Shown here piece after piece: positions 14,701 through 22,013 of a DNA stretch of 34,300 nt. Location of the stretch: positions 26,936-61,235 of the forward strand of contig CAZVCF010000001.1 of the NCBI GenBank assembly GCA_964626355.1, given 5' to 3'. Made by a program: the position numbers and the translations under genes. A model generated the notes under the pieces. The model was not told the origin of the DNA. It made no database searches and worked only from the letters and a program-made list of their open reading frames with translations. Within the stretch, counting starts at the first letter, position 1; each line of letters begins with the position of its first letter. Source of the DNA: an uncultured Gammaproteobacteria bacterium. Lineage in GTDB: Bacteria; Patescibacteriota; Patescibacteriia; UBA2591; CAZVCF01.

Positions 14701-17126
14701 GTGTCGCTTCCGACCCATGTGTAGTAATTCTTGCACGTCGCGCCAACAGGATTGACCGGCGGCGGCACAATCGCTCCAGTTGCGTCAAGTTTCACACACT
14801 GACGAATCTGCGTATAATATTCTCGTCCCTCGCCGCCTTTCGCCACCTCGGACAAATTGGTAAATTCTGAACAACCGACCGCGTTCGCGCTGCAACTTTC
14901 CGCGCTCTTTGGAATAAAATTCAATAAATCTCTTCCCTTGTTAAAGTTGCTCGGCATTTCTTTGAATGTTTCTAATCCAACGCACTCCGACGGACATTGA
15001 TCGTTATCGGTCACAATCGCGGGAATTTTTTTGTCCGGAAAATTTTGATCATAATACGCGTCACATCCAACTTGTTGATAGGAACATTGCGTGAGATATT
15101 TTTCACATTCAGGAGAATCGTTGTCAGAGCTGCCGTCGTAGCATTTCATCCACTCCGGAGCTTTGCGCAAATACGCGCTGTTCGCAAAACCATATTTTTT
15201 GAATGGCGTCGCGCGCGTTCCCGCTTCAAATTGAATATTATCAATTGATAACGCGCCGCTTCCGGAAAATACGTCAGATATAAAAATCTGTAAATCCTCT
15301 GAATTATTGAGGTCAGAAAAACTATTGAACGGATGCGCGAATGAAAGACTATAACGTTGCCAATCGGATTGAGATGCTATTATCGTTGAAACGACCACAA
15401 CGCCTGACCCGGCATAATCTGCTCCGCGCAACGAAATCGTATGATTATTTATATCACTATTTTTCGCGTCAAAAGAAATTGTATAGGTTCCAACTGGGAG
15501 AACAATTGGATCTTCCGGACGAATTCCTGATCCGGACGCGCTTATAAAAACATTTACATTTTCTCCGTTTGCGGTGCTAGTCGCGCTGAACGAAACTCCT
15601 GAACCAATTGTTTGCCATCCTTTCACTTCATTCGCGCCAACAACGCCATCTCTGTTCGCATCAACCCAATCATTCAATTCCGGATTTCGCGCGAGATTCG
15701 TTCCTAAACCGCTCTTTTCACGCGAGAACCACGTGCATCCTTCCGCAGTTGGTTTGCACAATTCCGCGCGCGCGTTAAAAAATTTCGCGTTCAATGGATT
15801 TGTTGTCGTGTTCGCAACTGTTTCGGTTGAAGTGACTGAATAATTAAAACAATCTCTTCTGCACTCACTCGAGCCTCCTTTTCCTTCTCTTAATTCGCAA
15901 AGATCATTCCCACATTCCTCAAGGGGAGGATTATCTATTGGACCTTCCTCTTTCCAAACCTCCATAATATTTGCAACCGTTGTTACGTTACTTATTGAAA
16001 GACCCGGTTTCTTGCACTTCCACGCGCCGGTTGTGATATCCTTATCATATTCCTGGCACAACCATTGACATCCGGACGAGTCCTGATCGCATTGCGCAGA
16101 ATCCAAACTATTCGCCAAATAAAAAAACTTTTTATCGTCTTTAAGACGGGTGTATTTGCCGCAACTTTCGTATTGCGTTTCGCACGCGTCGCCGTCAAAC
16201 CGCCACCGATTCAATTCACGCGTGCAATATCCCCACGCGACGCATTTGCCATTTTCATCCTCGCGCACGCAATCTTGCGTATCAACGCACGTTTCATTTC
16301 GATCTTTTGATTCCGGCGATTGCGGCGAACGGCTGTACGCGGTCAATTCGCATCGCAAAGGCGGTAATTTTAATACCCAGCTCGGATCAACTAAATTGCA
16401 AAATGGGCTTGTGTCATCAATAGTGCCACATTTTCCATCCGGACCGTATTGATAAAAACCATTGACAATTTCCCGCAACTTCACTTTATCAGTCCCCCGG
16501 ATGAGCGGATCATTCCCAATACGACGCGCAGCTATTTCCAATCCAAGAGGCACCACGCGCGCGCGGCGCAATTTTTTTATATTGCTCAATGAATAACGGG
16601 TTGTATAATCTGCAACACCATCAACCGTATCTCTCGTTGGCGCGCCAACGAACCAATCACCATGCAGATATCCTTTCTCAATCGCGCGCTTAATAGTGAG
16701 ATGCTCTTCAATCGCCTGACGAAAACCGGTGTCAATAACACAGTTGTTCACTGTCGCGTATTTTGCTCCTTGCGGAGGGCACAGCGAAAATTCAGTCAGT
16801 AAATCAACCGATCCTGCTTGTTTCAGCTCAACCAATTGCACGCCCGGCGATGTTTGTGGTTCGCTTGGAATAAAATCTTTCTCCTCCTGCGCACTTGATT
16901 CTTCTGACAACGCACTTTCCTCCGCACTGCCTTCAACACCGCCCAGACTTTGGCCTCCGCCAATTGATAGTCCACCTCCCGGAATCAATTGATTCTGGCA
17001 CGTATTCGTCGGATCATACGGACAAGGGTCTCTCGCGGGACGAGATTGGGCAAAAACAACACCGCCGGCAATCAAAATGATTCCGAAGAATATAAATAAT
17101 ATTATTTTTTTTCGAGAAAACAACAT
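11742..17126 (-). CDS. Giant (~1794 aa) secreted cysteine-rich protein with two CBM4_9-like beta-sandwich regions and C-terminal Myxococcus-type cysteine-rich repeats
   Basis: ATG at 17126 gives the signal peptide MLFSRKKIILFIFFGIILIAGGVVFAQS; the ORF-track TTG at 17144 lies in a repeat arm. There are at least 10 copies of C-x6-C-x2-[FYW] (CSANAVGCSEF, CSASAVGCEKY, CSEQKVGCEAF, CTALNMGCSRF, CGSEKTGCQTF and others). The jelly-roll-like segments are ~15219-15700 (NLARNPELNDW...NIQFEAG) and ~13875-14298 (ILYDNFENGSF...FFDNIFLQE). CGNDIIEPGEDCDD and CSNGIVEAYEQCDDGD are encoded at 11889-12032. Confidence 0.85.
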   Translation of the reverse strand: MLFSRKKIILFIFFGIILIAGGVVFAQSRPARDPCPYDPTNTCQNQLIPGGGLSIGGGQSLGGVEGSAEESALSEESSAQEEKDFIPSEPQTSPGVQLVELKQAGSVDLLTEFSLCPPQGAKYATVNNCVIDTGFRQAIEEHLTIKRAIEKGYLHGDWFVGAPTRDTVDGVADYTTRYSLSNIKKLRRARVVPLGLEIAARRIGNDPLIRGTDKVKLREIVNGFYQYGPDGKCGTIDDTSPFCNLVDPSWVLKLPPLRCELTAYSRSPQSPESKDRNETCVDTQDCVREDENGKCVAWGYCTRELNRWRFDGDACETQYESCGKYTRLKDDKKFFYLANSLDSAQCDQDSSGCQWLCQEYDKDITTGAWKCKKPGLSISNVTTVANIMEVWKEEGPIDNPPLEECGNDLCELREGKGGSSECRRDCFNYSVTSTETVANTTTNPLNAKFFNARAELCKPTAEGCTWFSREKSGLGTNLARNPELNDWVDANRDGVVGANEVKGWQTIGSGVSFSATSTANGENVNVFISASGSGIRPEDPIVLPVGTYTISFDAKNSDINNHTISLRGADYAGSGVVVVSTIIASQSDWQRYSLSFAHPFNSFSDLNNSEDLQIFISDVFSGSGALSIDNIQFEAGTRATPFKKYGFANSAYLRKAPEWMKCYDGSSDNDSPECEKYLTQCSYQQVGCDAYYDQNFPDKKIPAIVTDNDQCPSECVGLETFKEMPSNFNKGRDLLNFIPKSAESCSANAVGCSEFTNLSEVAKGGEGREYYTQIRQCVKLDATGAIVPPPVNPVGATCKNYYTWVGSDTSGYQLKRYYLSENSASGGPKTVPNPRVDLGNCASHDDALVNPNCKEFYDSKGGIYYRVFENTISCSADCSAYRKTEPAIYDLPTTTCVSINGVMNNGACEKINFMAIAAQGKTCSASAVGCEKYQGNAGANVRTILYDNFENGSFVPYSGNTIEMSTESIYFGGHSIMVLRTGSAPYVATITRPIGSLVRRERSYALSAWINVPDPVSTNIAATAFIGGIRWGAPVTGAIGWQKIDFGTFYLNRDFDQNSELTIRVEYFGGGTPTVFFDNIFLQEVNQNFYLISDTWNTPDSCKPEPNFLGCRSYTNRAKQTKTLKSFTNLCSEQKVGCEAFINTQNTLTPFSESVDKGLYNNAPLTIATDTIEYYVYTPEKNDFKAKQCTALNMGCSRFGMPSLGSNGEATTYRNVYVKDTPNRYRDNSILCGSEKTGCQTFEDSSGGKVYFKDPVKTCEYKTNIAVVLNGVTSAKISGWFKRGTEEACDFENNPVSPSYTWGNESTKYAAAVCPSSKEKCSLFEVPDPTDPDNLSKLNRQKYYYLNNARLKRGECQGKVSAAEDCVLVIDTSLKDIESNVVKYYKTAATYQKSKNATPPYSLIDPVALQPGEMSNLNDANVIFQARKDRTCGEWIACTAYEQVYDLNGQYRNKCVSISQGRRGYFENDPNNLVLVIHATSSASALHQQEYIKRDVTFTGLDYSGYSLMNIKPIESLYQRTSDRRLFSYGDGSIGISSLGLDLATTTPQICKAFPEKDSPFKQIIGGSVEEGGLGYVNVNVCNSTSTSLEQCQCNYKKVAVGQSQIFYLNDNESSNRFRAKTCINGRPDMVGRPCSTDGDCGIDLSNNPGKCEVSAFIDLKEKIYRGQKGYCLEYDTSRNGEIAECITWLPTGAAAPICGNDIIEPGEDCDDSSASCPRFNVARSCKQNVCSNGIVEAYEQCDDGDLLDPEGSAGAPLKYQGGGSCYTYPRTAGGPCGNAPDPNWDPQNERYID

Positions 17127-17129
17127 CTT

Positions 17130-17473
17130 AAATTCAAAATGCAAAAATCAAAATGCAAAATGACAATGTAAAATGCAAAATAATCAATAAAAATTTTATA
17201 TTTTCAATTTTTATTAAATTTTTCCGATTTCCTTTTAAAAAATCGTGTATCTTTGATTGTTTCGCATCGGGACAATAAATCAATTTTCGATAATTCTAAT
17301 TTTAGTTTTAAGTTGTAGTTTGATTCGTGCTTTAATTATTATAAAGGGTGGTAGTTCGTATTTTGCGCTCGCTTGAAAACAAAAAAAGTGAAATCAAGCG
17401 AAGCCTTCTGTTTATTTAAATTTTATCATTTAATCATTGTCATTTTCCATTTTGATATTTACATTTTACATTT
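17130..17473 (-). mobile_element. Decayed IVS-like inverted-repeat element (element D) between the 777-aa and giant genes
   Basis: The left arm at 17130-17185 is aaattcaaaatgcaaaaatcaaaatgcaaaatgacaatgtaaaatgcaaaataatc. The right arm at 17414-17473 is ...atcattgtcattttccattttgatatttacattttacattt. The arms are largely reverse-complementary (atcaaaatgNaaaatgacaatg core). The interior has no long ORF. Confidence 0.55.
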
Positions 17474-19805
17474 AATTGTCGCACAACCCATCTCCATCCG
17501 TGTCTCCTCCATACGGGCCGCACAAATCTGACGGTTGCGTTGGCGTAGTGCCGCCATTGCTCTTTAATCCATCTTCAACGCCTCCTCCGAAATCTCCACT
17601 CTCTGAACCGTCTTCATTAAACGTTTTACCAGCACTACTTCCTCCGAAACGGCCTCCCTGTGACCCCTGAACGCTTCCGCCGCAATCAGACGGACACGAT
17701 AATACTGTTTCTCCCGCGCCGCAATATTGATCACCGCATTGCTCGCTTGCCCCACTCGAATTCTCCGTCTTTCCAAGTTGTTCACGTAGATCTTTGGTAA
17801 AATTCTGCTCTTGTTCCGATGGATTTTCTTGTTTGTTTAATTCATTGATAGCTTTCTCAAGTAATTTTTTCATTAATGTACTCATAAAAATTCCGAATGC
17901 GTCCGCGACCGCGGATCCAGTCATCACCAATGGTCCTTTAAGCGGTCCTTTCATTTCCCCTAACTCTTTTTCAACATACGCGGCAGGAGTTTTCACTCTT
18001 CCGGATATATTTGACGTCAAACTATTTAATCCTCCTTCAATTTGTTTCATCTTTTCAGCAACGTCTTTTTCAACTCCCATTTTTTTGAGCAACTCACTTT
18101 CAACGCCAAGTTGCGCGCTAATCGGATTACTTCCCTGTTCAAACGATTTTGTTAAATCGTCAAGACTTCCCGCTTCAGGAGGAATCGACATACTGGCAAA
18201 ATCCGTTTTCTCCGCTGACGTCAACAATCCCGCTTGCCAGTCATTCAATTTCAAAACATATTCATTAATTTTATCTAATACTTTTCTGTAATGGATGAAT
18301 GCGTTCGCTTTATTTTGCTGACATCCGATCGTATTGCCGCTTGTGCACGCCGCACTCGCGTCGCGCGTGCATTGTGGCTCTGTGAAATTATTAAAATCTG
18401 GATAGTTAATCGGACCGACGCTTTCATCTTTAAACATCAAATTATTATAAACGAACGTTCTGCACTCATTAACATTACAAAATGAGGCAATGTCGCCTTT
18501 TTGTCTGCATACTGCGAACGAAGAGGTAAGCGCAAGAAATGTATCTTGCATATCTTTTCCAACCCCCTTAAGAATGGGAATCACTAACGACGTCAGTTTA
18601 TCTTGTAATTTTTTATTATTTAATGCATTAGCAGCTGCGGTTTGATGAGCAATTCCTAATTCGCTCACCTGTTGCCTAAGCTCCTCCTCTAGCTCAACTT
18701 TATCTTTCTTCAATTTTTCAACACCTGCATTCATTTCTTCATACCTATTCGCATAAGTACACCCCTCTTGGGTATATGAGCATTTCCTCGGTTGATTTTT
18801 CCAATGTGATTGTACCGCGCCACTCATACTATCAAAACCATCAATTTTCGCTGTAATATCTTCTAAAGATTTTGAGTATTTTTCTTTCTGCTCTTTAATC
18901 TTGCGCTCAACACGCGCTCTATTTTTTTTATCGGTTTTCAAAGCCCTATTTAATAAATCCTCATATTTCTCATGCGATGCCTCTATTCTCGCGCCAAATC
19001 CACCAACAATACCTTCTCGTATTTTAGGCCCTGCCGCCACCCCATACGGAACGTAAAATGGCCCGTACACTGCGTCAGTTGTTTCATTAAATGAAGCAAG
19101 AAAATACTCGCCATACAGTCTGCTTTTCATATCCCACGGCAAAAGAGTATTGGTAAGAATCGCAGTTTTCAAATCTTTTTTATAACCGCCGGCCGGACCT
19201 TCGGTTAATCCAAAACTCGCTTTGAAAGTAAATTTAGCGGCTGAATTGCGCGCGTTCTCCCATATCTTTGTAAATGAACACTTATACAATTCCGGCGCGG
19301 GTTTTGGCGCGGTCGTGTCAAGATTGATAAGCATCTTGAATTTAATACTTGGATCAATCGGATCGCAGAGATTAAAATTTTTGAAGCCAGACACAGAACT
19401 AAACGTATTTTGAAGCAGTTCCCCGCCAACCGAATCTGCAAGTTTGGTAAAATAATGCGGATCTGATAAAAACATCGGCTTCTGTCCCTTGCCGCCGGAC
19501 GCGACCCATTCGGCGCTCTGTTGCGCGGCTTGATTGAGAAAAATAGTCAAACCGTTGCGATACGCGACCGCAACCCCTTCTTTCATCACAAATTCCGCTA
19601 CCCGTTTTGCCACATCCCAGACGAACTGCCCTACCTTAGTAACCGTATCAACGATGATACCACCAACCGCTCCGGGATCAAAAGTAATAAACTGCGCCTG
19701 CGCGGGTTTCGGCGCGGCGAATAAACCAAAAACGAAAAAAAACAACATCATCGAAACGATCGTTCGACGCATTTTTAAATTTTGATTTTTGTGGTTGAAT
19801 CTCAT
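17472..19805 (-). CDS. Secreted 777-aa protein with a coiled-coil-rich middle and a C-terminal Cys-knot and DxDxDG motifs
   Basis: ATG at 19805, with an alternative ATG at 19772. The signal peptide is MRRTIVSMMLFFFVFGLFAAPKPAQAQ. The C-terminus contains EQCGDQYCGAGETVLSCPSDCGG and DLCGPYGGDTDGDGLCDN. I recognise no family. Confidence 0.75.
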   Translation of the reverse strand: MRFNHKNQNLKMRRTIVSMMLFFFVFGLFAAPKPAQAQFITFDPGAVGGIIVDTVTKVGQFVWDVAKRVAEFVMKEGVAVAYRNGLTIFLNQAAQQSAEWVASGGKGQKPMFLSDPHYFTKLADSVGGELLQNTFSSVSGFKNFNLCDPIDPSIKFKMLINLDTTAPKPAPELYKCSFTKIWENARNSAAKFTFKASFGLTEGPAGGYKKDLKTAILTNTLLPWDMKSRLYGEYFLASFNETTDAVYGPFYVPYGVAAGPKIREGIVGGFGARIEASHEKYEDLLNRALKTDKKNRARVERKIKEQKEKYSKSLEDITAKIDGFDSMSGAVQSHWKNQPRKCSYTQEGCTYANRYEEMNAGVEKLKKDKVELEEELRQQVSELGIAHQTAAANALNNKKLQDKLTSLVIPILKGVGKDMQDTFLALTSSFAVCRQKGDIASFCNVNECRTFVYNNLMFKDESVGPINYPDFNNFTEPQCTRDASAACTSGNTIGCQQNKANAFIHYRKVLDKINEYVLKLNDWQAGLLTSAEKTDFASMSIPPEAGSLDDLTKSFEQGSNPISAQLGVESELLKKMGVEKDVAEKMKQIEGGLNSLTSNISGRVKTPAAYVEKELGEMKGPLKGPLVMTGSAVADAFGIFMSTLMKKLLEKAINELNKQENPSEQEQNFTKDLREQLGKTENSSGASEQCGDQYCGAGETVLSCPSDCGGSVQGSQGGRFGGSSAGKTFNEDGSESGDFGGGVEDGLKSNGGTTPTQPSDLCGPYGGDTDGDGLCDN

Positions 19806-19869
19806 AAATTTCTAATCCTATTTTTATAAATTCCGCGCACCGATTTTATAAAATTCCAAATTACAAGCA

Positions 19870-19906
19870 CCCGCCCGAACGACTGAATACCGTTCAGTCG
19901 GGCGGG
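19870..19906. other. GC-rich bulged hairpin in the 777-aa gene upstream region
   Basis: cccgccc (19870-19876) pairs with gggcggg (19900-19906), and gactgaa (19881-19887) pairs with ttcagtc (19893-19899). A 4-nt bulge separates the two stems. Confidence 0.6.
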
Positions 19907-20010
19907 CCAAATCCCAAACAAATTCAAAACTCAAAATCCTAATGACCAAAACGTTTTAGAATTGAAAAATTTTAGTTATTTATTCTATCTCTTTTTATAT
20001 TCCTCTGCTT

Positions 20011-20125
20011 GAGAGAGAAATATATTTTTACAACATCGGGTTGGCAGTGGGAACATTAGTGTAGCAGTCGACGAAGTCGACTGTATCATAAAGAATAGGC
20101 GGTTGTAAAAATATATTTCTCTCTT
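20011..20125. other. 115-nt element closed by a perfect 23-bp inverted repeat, starting 3 nt after the 277-aa gene stop
   Basis: 20012-20034 (agagagaaatatatttttacaac) is the exact reverse complement of 20102-20124. The interior 67 nt contains an 8-bp hairpin, cagtcgac gaa gtcgactg (20065-20083). No T-tract follows on either strand. Confidence 0.8.
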
Positions 20126-20127
20126 CC

Positions 20128-20961
20128 CTACTTTTTCTCTTCCTCCGCGATAAACTTATTCACTAACAATTGCAAATTTGCATCATCAATCGAGCCTAAT
20201 ATTTCCTTGTTAAAACCTTGCTGAATTAATAATTGCCGTATTTGCGCCGGTGGCATTTGTTTTAATAATTGCAATGCTTGCTTGGAAACAGCAGTTGAAG
20301 TTGATTGTTGATTGTTGATTGTTGATTGTTGATTTCCAATACCAATTCCCTGCGACAATAATGCCGCAGGATCAATTCCTGTTTCTGCTTTAGTATTATT
20401 ATACAAGTTTACAAGCGTTTGGTCATCGAGGTTTTGCACAAGATCGCGCGGCGCGCCCGCGGCAATAAGCGCGTCGCGAATTTTTTGAAGCAATGCCGAC
20501 GACGGTCGTTGAACGAGCGTTTCGTCTTTTATTTCTTGCTGTAAATTGTTATCTGTCTGTTGTTGATTGTTGATCGTCGATCGTTGATCGTTAACTGTTG
20601 ATCCAACGTCTCCAAGCGTATCGCCCTCTTTTCGCGGCGCGCTGTTTTTATCCAACGGATTACTCTTCGCGGTAATTTCATCTTTGTCGTTTGTTCCATC
20701 GCCGTCTGAATCTTGCAAAAAAACGCTGGTTCCATAAATATACCGTTCCTGATAATCATCAATACTATCGCCATCCGTATCGGTCGCGCGCAATTTTTTA
20801 ATCAAATCTTCTTGAGTTGGTTGTACGATTTTCGCAATTTCTTGAAGCAAAAAAGGAGCGCGAATAGCGCCCTTCAATTTAACAGAACTCAAAAAAATAA
20901 CGCCTCCTCCGAAGAGGATAAGAAAAATCAATAATCCAATTTTTTGTTTATTTTTCCCCAT
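20128..20961 (-). CDS. N-terminally anchored protein with thrombospondin-type-3-like DxDxDG calcium-binding motifs and Q/N/T-rich repeat tracts
   Basis: ATG at 20961, 277 aa. The TM is IGLLIFLILFGGGVIFLSS. The calcium-binding-like stretch is TDTDGDSIDDYQERYIYGTSVFLQDSDGDGTNDKDE. QQSTINNQQSTS is encoded by a heptamer microsatellite. The gene overlaps the rsmA 3' end by 34 nt. Confidence 0.7.
   Translation of the reverse strand: MGKNKQKIGLLIFLILFGGGVIFLSSVKLKGAIRAPFLLQEIAKIVQPTQEDLIKKLRATDTDGDSIDDYQERYIYGTSVFLQDSDGDGTNDKDEITAKSNPLDKNSAPRKEGDTLGDVGSTVNDQRSTINNQQQTDNNLQQEIKDETLVQRPSSALLQKIRDALIAAGAPRDLVQNLDDQTLVNLYNNTKAETGIDPAALLSQGIGIGNQQSTINNQQSTSTAVSKQALQLLKQMPPAQIRQLLIQQGFNKEILGSIDDANLQLLVNKFIAEEEKK
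20294..20334. repeat. Heptanucleotide microsatellite (ttgattg; ~5 copies plus a variant unit) inside the 277-aa CDS
   Basis: gttgaag ttgattg ttgattg ttgattg ttgattg ttgatt, read on the minus strand as GNQQSTINNQQSTS with a 21-nt / 7-aa period. Confidence 0.9.
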
Positions 20962-21779
20962 TGTTCTATCGTCAATTCCTGCGCGCGAATGGTTTCTTTG
21001 AGCCCAAACGATTTAAAAATTTCTTCAAGGCGCGCATTATTGTTTGATTTAATTATACCTCTTTTGAGCGCGTCGCGCATAATAGAAATCAACATCTTGC
21101 GCGGATGACTAAATCCAATTTTCACAAGCGCGAAAGCATTTTTGTCCAAACTGCGCGCAACTACGCCCTGCGAATGCGGGGCGTCTTTTGTTATACGGAT
21201 AACCGCTGAATCAACACGCGGCACAGGCCAGAAATTTTGCCGTCCCACTTTTATAACGCGTTCAACTCTACCAAAATTTTGCGCGAGAATCGCGAGCATA
21301 TTCATTCGCGGCGAACGCGCCATCAACCGTTGCGCCACTTCGTTTTGCAACATAAGAATCAGCCTCTGCGGCTGATTTTTTTCGTCAAATAAAAATTTTC
21401 TCAAAAAAAATCCAGTGATACTATAGGGCAAATTCGCAACGATCGCATAAGGTCCTTTCACGTATTCGCTCGGATCGATTTTCAAAATATCTTGATGAAC
21501 AACTTTTATATTCGCGTACGATTTCAAAATATCAGCGGCGGCGGCGATTTTTCTATCGCTTTCAAAACTGACTGCCCGTTTCGCTTTTTCGGCTAATAAT
21601 TTTGTCAGGAAACAAAAACCCGTTCCCGCTTCAATAATCGTTTCGTCGGGCTGAATATCCGCCGCGTTAACAATCGCGCGATACACGAAATCCGATATTA
21701 AAAAATTTTGCCCGCGCGATTTCGCCGGGCTAATGCCATATTGTTCGCACAACATTTTAATCTCTTGTTTATAATTCAT
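20928..21779 (-). CDS. rsmA: 16S rRNA (adenine1518/1519-N6)-dimethyltransferase RsmA/KsgA
   Basis: ATG at 21779, 283 aa. Motifs are SRGQNFL, the SAM-binding IIEAGTGFCFLT, and VANLPYSIT. Confidence 0.93.
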   Translation of the reverse strand: MNYKQEIKMLCEQYGISPAKSRGQNFLISDFVYRAIVNAADIQPDETIIEAGTGFCFLTKLLAEKAKRAVSFESDRKIAAAADILKSYANIKVVHQDILKIDPSEYVKGPYAIVANLPYSITGFFLRKFLFDEKNQPQRLILMLQNEVAQRLMARSPRMNMLAILAQNFGRVERVIKVGRQNFWPVPRVDSAVIRITKDAPHSQGVVARSLDKNAFALVKIGFSHPRKMLISIMRDALKRGIIKSNNNARLEEIFKSFGLKETIRAQELTIEQWGKINKKLDY

Positions 21780-21876
21780 ACAACAATCAATTTTATATTT
21801 TGCACAATTTTTACTTTTATCTAAATTGATTTTAAAATGGTTACAAAACTATCTTACTCTATCCGCCAACACCTCC

Positions 21877-21914
21877 ATATACACATATTAAACGATCGTG
21901 TAGATAGTGTATAT
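21877..21914. promoter_or_regulatory. Imperfect 38-bp palindrome (operator-like site 1) between the regulator gene and rsmA
   Basis: The sequence is atatacacatattaaacgatcgtgtagatagtgtatat. The outer 8 bp and the cgatcg core pair. It shares atatacac..aaacgatcgt..gtgtatat with site 2. Confidence 0.55.
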
Positions 21915-22013
21915 AATTAATAAGCGGCTATTTCACTTCAAATTTTAGACAAAACCCTCTTAATCCAAAATCTTAAAATAATTTCTACCTATTCTCTTAG
22001 CTACGCTCCCCGA

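Noticed and set aside
17127-17144. ORF-track N-terminal extensions (17127-17144, 4262-4387, 11702-11839, 25480-25491, 26251-26334, 28276-28302, 30735-30779, 33644-33700)
   Set aside because: Where checked they start at TTG/GTG. They run into repeat arms, palindromes or upstream genes. They add non-conserved residues ahead of a canonical N-terminus, signal peptide or SD-ATG.
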